Shown here in pieces: positions 57,404 through 64,000 of a stretch of 64,000 bases of DNA. The notes below the pieces were generated by a model. The model searched no databases and was not told where the DNA came from. It saw only the letters and a program-made list of their open reading frames with translations. Each line of letters starts with the position of its first letter. Positions within the stretch are counted from its first letter, which is position 1. Location: NCBI GenBank assembly GCA_010356995.1, contig ML996695.1, positions 443,061 to 507,060 on the forward strand. The letters run 5' to 3'. This stretch comes from Trichodelitschia bisporula (lineage: Eukaryota). Position numbers and translations under genes: made by a program.

Positions 57404-60400
57404 CTACTTCCCAACCCAATTCCCCCAAGAACATCCACACCCCCCGTAACCCCCATCAATCCCACCCGGCCCGCCATTCGCCAAAGAAACATTAACAAAC
57501 GTAAACGGCCCTAACGCCGGATTCTCCAATCCCGGCCCCTCGAAACTCCTGTTCTCTGGCTGAAACTTCCGGCTATCAACAACAATCTTCCCCCTCTCAT
57601 CCAGCCCGTAACAAAACACCATCTTCGTCTCTAGGCCCCCGCCATGTCGGTCCATCGTCACCGTAACCGGGTAGGGAAAGTTCCCGGGACGGGTCTTCCC
57701 CGCGCCGCTCCCGGGCTCGGTGCTGAGCAGGGACATCGACCCGGTCGACAGGCTGCGCGTGTATATCGCGACCTTGAGCCGCGTATCCCGGAAGGTACAC
57801 CGCGCGGAAGCACCGTCTTGCGCGGCGCCGCCGTTCGCGTCCGCGGGCACGTCGCCCAGCATTTGCATGGACGCATTTTCGAACTTGATACTCCGCAAAA
57901 AGATGCTCCGGTCGAAGAACGTGTAGAACCCGTAGTGCTCGTCGTCGTGGCCGCGGTTGTACAGGCGCAGGGGCTGGAAGGAGGGGAAGGGCAACAGCGC
58001 GGCGGGGAGCGCGGTGCCGTCGGGGTTTACGCTTGGGAGCGGGATGGCGGTGGCGAGATTGGGGAAGGAGGTGGCTGAGGTTGAGGTTGAGGATGAGGTT
58101 GAGCGGGTTGTGGTGGAGGCGGAGGAGGAGTCCGTGGTGGACGAGGAGGAGAGTTGCCGCGCGGCGAGCGCTTTCGAGCCACCCCCGTCCTGCGGCGTTC
58201 GTAATGAGATGTAGAATGGCGTGGCTTCGCCCTCGTACGGAGCGGAATTGTTATCTGTTGTGCGGCCGAGGAAAGCTTGCTCCTCGAGAGCAGGCGCGGT
58301 TGGCGCAGGCGTGAAAGTCGATCCGAGCGCGCGGAGCGCGAGACGCGCCTTGGCCCAGACGGAAGCCGCAAGCGAACCCGCAGGGGCGCGTTTGCTGGGC
58401 GTGCTGGTGGCCAGCGAGGAGGTGTTGTCGTACCTCAGGTCGAAGATGAAGTTAGGCTGGTCGGGGCTGTTGGGTGCGAGGGCGGCTTGTTGCTCCTTCG
58501 GCACGGCGCAGGACCACATTGCTTTTGGGTTTACGCACCCGTTGACGCTGGAGATGAGGTTGGGGCGGGTTATTGTCATTATACCGGTTGGGATTGGGGG
58601 GTAGCTTGTTAGGTTGACCCAGATTGAGGGCGTGACCTTTGTGATCGGTGTGCCGGAGGATGATGTCGCTGAGGCTGAAACCTTGCCGCGGCGCCCGAGC
58701 ACGATTCCCAAAACAATGGCGAAGATGACGAGGAGCAAGAAGATGAAGCAGAAGCAGCAGCAGCAGAGGCGCTTCTTCTTCTTCTTCTTCTTGTTCCGTT
58801 CCTTCTTGCTCAGGTCCTTCTTTTTCATTTCCTTCTTCAATTCCGGCGTACCCTCCATCTTGCCCTTCTTCAACTTCCTGCCCCGTGACAGCAAAATCCG
58901 CTTCCACAGGCTCTGCTTCTTCGGCTTACTCGGCATTGCAGGACTCTTCTCGAAGTCATCGAACGCGCTGCGCGGCGGCCCAGCGAACATAAGCCCCCCA
59001 TTCCGGGCACTCGCGCCCGGCACACCGGTCTGAGACAGCGCCGGCGGCTGGTAGGGGAAGTAAGGCGAGCGGTGGTCGTCCGGGCGGTAGGGTACGCTTG
59101 GCGCCGTGCTAACGGTGGCGAGCGGTGAGCTGAAGACGGTGGGTGGCGTGTTGGTGTGCGTCGTTGGAGGTGAGGCAAGGACGGGCTGCTTGATGATTTC
59201 GGCGGTCAGGGACGAGCGGACGGAGCCTGTTCCTGGTGTAGGGGCGAAGCCGCCTTTGATTTGCTTGCCGGGGAGACCGGGTGGGGAGCGGGCACGGCTG
59301 ACGACGGCTTTGGAAGCTATCACTTCGCCGCGGTTTTCGAAGACTGATTGTGGGGTGCGCGCGGATTCGGGTGATAGGCCCTCTTGTGGAGGCGAATTGG
59401 CGAAAGGGGAGAGAGTCACATTGACTGCCTTTGGTTGCTGCTGCGGTTGCTGCTGCTGTAGCGGCTGTTGCTGTTGTAGAGGCTGCGTGACATTGATGTT
59501 GATGTTAATCTGCTCGGGTAACCGGTTTACGGGTGAAGCGGCTTTGGGTGGTGACTGGTCTCTGCCCAAGAAAATGGGCACCTCCCGGTCATCCGGGCTG
59601 AAGGTATTGTTGGATGGGCTGTACGACTGAAGTCTCGCGATTGAGTCACCGCGTTTGGACTCAAGTTTCTTGAGTGTAGGTGAGTCATGAACGGGAGTCT
59701 GGGTAACCGCCAAATGGGGGAACTGTCGTGTAACGAGGGCCGGCAGCTTCGGCGGCTGTGTCGCTTTCTGCGGCTCCAGCTGCTTACGGTCCTGAGACAT
59801 GGCCTCCGCTCCTCGCGGGACGGTCAGAGTCGACGGGAAGCGGTATACCGGCATGGCTGGTACATCCGGGGCGTTCGTGTCTTCGGGAGACGATCTCAGC
59901 GAGCGAGAGCCACCCCGGGCGGACCCAAATGGCGTCGTGATATAGTCCCACCAGCCTTGCGACCGCCGCGGGGCAGTGGTATCGACCGTGAGCGCATCCA
60001 TTCTCTTCGGCTTCCCCTGGGGAAGGATTGGAGCATGGTCCTCTTCAAACATAGTCGCCGTCGATGCATGGCGCGCCGCCTTCGGAGGCTCATCCTCCTC
60101 AAAGTCAGTTGCGACAGAATCACGTGGATGTGACTTGACGACCGTCTTGGGCTTTTCGGGGGCCGCATCGCCACTGCTCATCCAAGCAGTGGCAAAAGGC
60201 TGACCATCCAGGAAGATGGGAAGCTCCGTCGGGAGCGGCGGGGCATCACTGTCTGCGGGTACTGGAGCGAAGTGAGTTTTGCGCGAGTAGACGCTGGATG
60301 AGCGCTTAAAAATGGAACCGCCTGAGGACATGGCCGGCGTGATGAGAATGGAGGGTGTTTCCGGGCTAAAGTGGGACTGGAAGTTGGCAGAAGGGGGATA

Positions 60401-61030
60401 TGTGGCGAGATTTTGAGTAACAACTGTCGGCTGCTTCCTCTCCACGGGGGCTGGCACTTTCGTCGGCTGGGGAATATCGTCACTCAGCTTCCTGTACCCG
60501 GCCGGAGAGAGACGTTGGGCAATGGATGGGCTGTCCTCGGATACGCGCCCACGCCGGCTGGTAACGAGACGCTTGATCGCTTCCCTCCGGGTCGTTGTCC
60601 TGGCCTCTGCTTCCCGTGCTCTTTCTGACCTGTCCGACTTCGGAGCCGGGTCGATGATCTTTGGAGGGCCCGCCTTGTGACGGTTGACGGTCGTGTCGAT
60701 GGAGAGGCCGGGCCGGTGCCTCCGCTCCGCCAGTCTTCCCCTCGACTCACTTCGACTTGAGCGGCGGGACGACTCCTGTCTTGACTCCCGTCTCGACTCT
60801 CGTCTGGCCTTGGCGATGGCCTTTGAATCCTCAACGCTCCATTCACCGTCCGAGATGTCAGTCTCGCACTCCGAATCTTCCCTATCGGCATAGCGAGGCG
60901 GTGGTCCACGAGGTGGAGCGGTTTGGGGCAGTGTTGTTGTGCGGGTGAATGTAGCGAAGTCGGCAGGCCCAGGTTGTTGTAAGGGTGGACGATAGGCGTT
61001 CTTTGTGCCAGAACTGCCTAGCCCTGGCAT
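57404..61030 (-). CDS. Large single-pass (type II) membrane protein with disordered cytosolic N-terminus and Cys-containing luminal domain
   Basis: 1208-aa single-exon ORF. Polybasic KKKKKKKR and a CCCCFC string precede the TM helix. The folded C-terminal region includes WVNLTSYPPIPTG, WSCAVP, HYGFYTFFDRSIF, FPYPVTVTMDRHGG and GGIDGGYGGCGCSWGN. Confidence 0.85.
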   Translation of the reverse strand: MPGLGSSGTKNAYRPPLQQPGPADFATFTRTTTLPQTAPPRGPPPRYADREDSECETDISDGEWSVEDSKAIAKARRESRRESRQESSRRSSRSESRGRLAERRHRPGLSIDTTVNRHKAGPPKIIDPAPKSDRSERAREAEARTTTRREAIKRLVTSRRGRVSEDSPSIAQRLSPAGYRKLSDDIPQPTKVPAPVERKQPTVVTQNLATYPPSANFQSHFSPETPSILITPAMSSGGSIFKRSSSVYSRKTHFAPVPADSDAPPLPTELPIFLDGQPFATAWMSSGDAAPEKPKTVVKSHPRDSVATDFEEDEPPKAARHASTATMFEEDHAPILPQGKPKRMDALTVDTTAPRRSQGWWDYITTPFGSARGGSRSLRSSPEDTNAPDVPAMPVYRFPSTLTVPRGAEAMSQDRKQLEPQKATQPPKLPALVTRQFPHLAVTQTPVHDSPTLKKLESKRGDSIARLQSYSPSNNTFSPDDREVPIFLGRDQSPPKAASPVNRLPEQINININVTQPLQQQQPLQQQQPQQQPKAVNVTLSPFANSPPQEGLSPESARTPQSVFENRGEVIASKAVVSRARSPPGLPGKQIKGGFAPTPGTGSVRSSLTAEIIKQPVLASPPTTHTNTPPTVFSSPLATVSTAPSVPYRPDDHRSPYFPYQPPALSQTGVPGASARNGGLMFAGPPRSAFDDFEKSPAMPSKPKKQSLWKRILLSRGRKLKKGKMEGTPELKKEMKKKDLSKKERNKKKKKKKRLCCCCFCFIFLLLVIFAIVLGIVLGRRGKVSASATSSSGTPITKVTPSIWVNLTSYPPIPTGIMTITRPNLISSVNGCVNPKAMWSCAVPKEQQAALAPNSPDQPNFIFDLRYDNTSSLATSTPSKRAPAGSLAASVWAKARLALRALGSTFTPAPTAPALEEQAFLGRTTDNNSAPYEGEATPFYISLRTPQDGGGSKALAARQLSSSSTTDSSSASTTTRSTSSSTSTSATSFPNLATAIPLPSVNPDGTALPAALLPFPSFQPLRLYNRGHDDEHYGFYTFFDRSIFLRSIKFENASMQMLGDVPADANGGAAQDGASARCTFRDTRLKVAIYTRSLSTGSMSLLSTEPGSGAGKTRPGNFPYPVTVTMDRHGGGLETKMVFCYGLDERGKIVVDSRKFQPENRSFEGPGLENPALGPFTFVNVSLANGGPGGIDGGYGGCGCSWGNWVGK

Positions 61031-63876
61031 GTTGGTCGTGGCTGTGAAGATGTAGTATCGTTTGAGAATCTATTCGAGTCTACACAACGTGTGAGAGGCC
61101 TGCTTTGGGGTAGGATGCGATGCTGGCTGCAGGCTGACCTAAATCATGGCATTCAAAGAAGAGGTCGCGACAAAGGCCTTGTTCTATTGTTCTCCGGGGT
61201 ATCTCGTCGGTTCAAACAAAGCAGCAAAGAGCGTGAAATGGTAGGGAGGAGAGTTTGAAGAGTCACAGATTGCAGAGAGAAGTGAACAAGAAGAGAGGCA
61301 TGACTTCACGGCTACAAACGGGGAGGCAGTGGCCAGCACGAGACGTCTCCGCCAGCCGGCAACAAGCAAATCCGGCGCCTGAGCCTCGATGGTGGACGCA
61401 TCTCGCCCGAATATCAGGAAGAGTCACGGCGATTCGCGGGCTGGGAGAATTGGCAGTCGGACCGTTGACCGTTCTCGAAATGGCGGCTAAAGGTGACGAT
61501 TGGTAGGAGAGTTGAAGGTGAGGTAGCCACGCGGGCGGCTCCGCCAGCGCCATCAGCCTCCGATGGGCGATCATTGGGTAGGGATGGAGGCGTGAGGCGC
61601 AACATGATGTTTGGGTTGGAGAGTTTGAGAGGGGGACATGAGGTTCGGGGAAGGTCTTGAGGGATTGTCTGGCGGTTAGAGGTGGAACGTCTTCGAGAGG
61701 AATTACTGGGCAAGGCGTGCAGGGGCTCGTGAACATGGATCTTTAGTACCTGGTTGGTCCGTTCAGCCAAAAGAGAACCAAATGGCGGCAAATTGAGCCA
61801 AAAATGGACAGCCAACTTCCGGGGGGGGGGGTTTTGTGGCGGACATGGTGGAGTCTCGACTCTCCGATACTGCGACCACTGAGCGGCGACGCACAACGTT
61901 TCTCTTCGCGCCGCTTTGCAAATTTGGGGAGAAGACGGAAGGCGGAAGGCGGAGGAGCGTTGTGCCTGCATGGCTTTCTGCAACGAATTGTGTGCGGCTC
62001 CACTGATGAGGCGCAGCCTTTGACGAAGACTAGCGATGGAAGTTAAAACGTCGCGTGCCTCTCCTTCTCTTCTCGTTGCTCGGGAGTAGAATACGCTCAC
62101 CTCATCTCCTCGCGCTCATCGCATGCAGTCAGTGGACTGACACCTTCAACGTCAATCACCACCCCCCCATCCCCTCCTCCTCTATTCGTTAGTGGCCGCA
62201 AACACGAGTCGCATTCTTTGCAGCGGCACGGGAAGCGCTGGCTGCGGCTCACAGCCCCGCGGGGCAATGGCGCACTGTGGCTTGGCCGCATTTGCTGGCG
62301 TGCAGAGGTGTTTGCGGTGGGAGAATGGGTGACATTTGATATTCGATGCCTTTTTGAAGCATCTCAAGTGACCTGCGTCAAGTACCTTGCCTCTCGAATC
62401 ATCAGTCATCTGCAGTCAATTCCCGTCCACTTCTCTCAGCTGTTGCTTACCGTACAAGCATCATCTGACGAACGGCGGCGGTAAGTACATCCGTAGATTA
62501 GGGAGGAGAAGGAGGGACAATGAAAATCTCTTGGTTTTTCTCGGCTGCTTGCGGCAGCGATAGTGAGAATAATGAAGACCGGCGTGGAGACACTACTGGT
62601 TCTACTGGACAGCTACAAGGCATCACCAAAAGTTAACCTGCGGTAGGTGAAGGAGCAAAGAGGAGCCTCAGGGCCAATGGTGATGTGTGTACCGCAAATG
62701 ACCTTGCTATCGGGCTATGTAGTGTTGAACTACTTCAGCCATTGATCTCATCTGTCTCTCTAACCTCTTTGTCCACCTTCTTTCTCCAGTCTCCACACTA
62801 CTCCACTATCAGCACTTCATCTCCGCCGGCGAACGATCCCTTCCTCTTGTCCCCCAGTCCCTTTACTACCGTACAGTGCCCTTGACCCTCGCCCCCTCTC
62901 CTCCCGTTGGCGGCGCCGGTGGGGCGTTTACCCCAAGTCGCTGACTCCTTGGCATTGGCCACAAAGGCATCAGATGTACCTGCCCGTCCGAATGATGATC
63001 AGCTTCATTCTGTCTTCACTTCGGCTTCTGGTCATCTTTTCTGTGGTTAACGCGGGTCCAGATTTCAGTTAGCAAACCATAATCCTGAATCCAGCCCCCC
63101 CTAGAGCCTCTACTGCTTGCGTATCCCCCCCCGTCCTAGTGCCAGTACTTGTCCCTTTCAGCTTGACGAAAGGCGTTGAGTTTTCGGCGGAAGCAAGTTG
63201 CATTTATCCCTATCGCGTTGGCACCACTTGGACTTCCCTGCATTCCCCACTCCCCCTGCCCGCTACAGTATCATCTCAACATCTGGAACGTATCTACTCT
63301 TCAATATCCGATCTCATGCCTGCCAGGGCATGAAATCTAGAGCCATCCCACCCAGCGCTACCGTTTCTCCCCCGCTGGTTAGCCACCCTCATCCATCCAC
63401 CATCCGTCCCCATCCTTTTTGCGACTTCTAACAACCACTCTCCTCGTCTTTCTAGCTTTTCATCGCGTGTAACCGTTCCACCACGCAATCTCAATTCTCT
63501 CGAGCGCTCTCTGCGAAAAGGCACGGGTGTTCCTTTCACCGCGCCGCACCCCTCCGCCACCCTTGCAGACGCAATCCACTCACGTCCGACACTCCCCCAA
63601 GGAGGCGACGTTTAGTTTCATTCAACCCGCAACCACCACCTTCCGTCTCCAATTCCTTCGGTCGCTCCTTTTATCACCCAACAAGCCTCTCAACTCTCCC
63701 AACCACTCTCCGCGCCAGCAACCCTGGCGTCCGCCTCCATTACTGCAACGCAGCACCGCCGCCGCCGCTCCTCCGCCGTTAACATCCTCCCCGAAGACCC
63801 TCGCCGGTCAAGTCCACACGTGCTCGCCGCCTCGTCGGGCCTGCAAAACCTCGGCGAGGGCCCCGAGACTCACGCT

Positions 63877-64000
63877 ATGTCGCTATCGCGGTCGCCCTCC
63901 CCGCAACGAGGCGGCGGCTGGGCCAGTCCCGGCCTGACTACACCGTACAACAGCTCGAGCCGCCGCGCCAGCCCCATCCGCACATACCCCAACGGCGGCA
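63877..64000 (+). CDS. N-terminus of probable GT34 glycosyltransferase (MNN10-like alpha-1,6-mannosyltransferase), runs off window
   Basis: MSLSRSPSPQRGGGWASPGLTTPY... matches the N-terminus I recall for filamentous-fungal Mnn10-like proteins. Only 41 codons are visible. Confidence 0.6.
   Translation, partial: MSLSRSPSPQRGGGWASPGLTTPYNSSSRRASPIRTYPNGG

Noticed and set aside
1..64000. Intact transposons; numerous long antisense or overlapping ORFs
   Set aside because: No transposase, RT, integrase, LTR or TIR signatures were seen. Antisense ORFs are expected shadows of GC-rich coding sequence.

Overview
Eukaryotic, intron-containing, GC-rich DNA from a filamentous ascomycete. The gene content looks Dothideomycete-like, which is my inference. 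I can support about 22 protein-coding loci. Housekeeping and regulatory genes: TALE-homeobox/C2H2 factor (5'-truncated), Cdc1-type metallophosphoesterase, mitochondrial TauD/gamma-butyrobetaine dioxygenase-like enzyme, TPC1 carrier, TAF3-like protein, TVP23, a B-box protein, TPA1, MRC1, a Zn2Cys6 factor, an SDR, a cupin, an RRM-containing RNAi RdRP, a PIR/GPI wall protein, a large type II membrane protein and the start of a GT34 (MNN10-like) gene. The most interesting element is a DUF3328/UstYa oxidase gene (22527-23519, -). It is divergently paired with a five-exon gene (25378-26185, +) that the ORF track captures only in part. That gene encodes a secreted peptide with a 'VEDIY' leader, eight xPK-Gly repeats, no KR sites and a spliced Met/His-rich tail, making it a candidate non-canonical fungal RiPP or copper-linked system. 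Other notable items: a large protein with an apparent H2B-H2A fused histone fold and four DF[LIM]R motifs, a decayed ~310-bp tandem array in the promoter of a tiny Cys/His-finger gene, and an MCB-like palindrome between TPA1 and MRC1. I could not support any rRNA, tRNA, CRISPR array or intact transposon. All exon models were spliced by eye and no database search was run.
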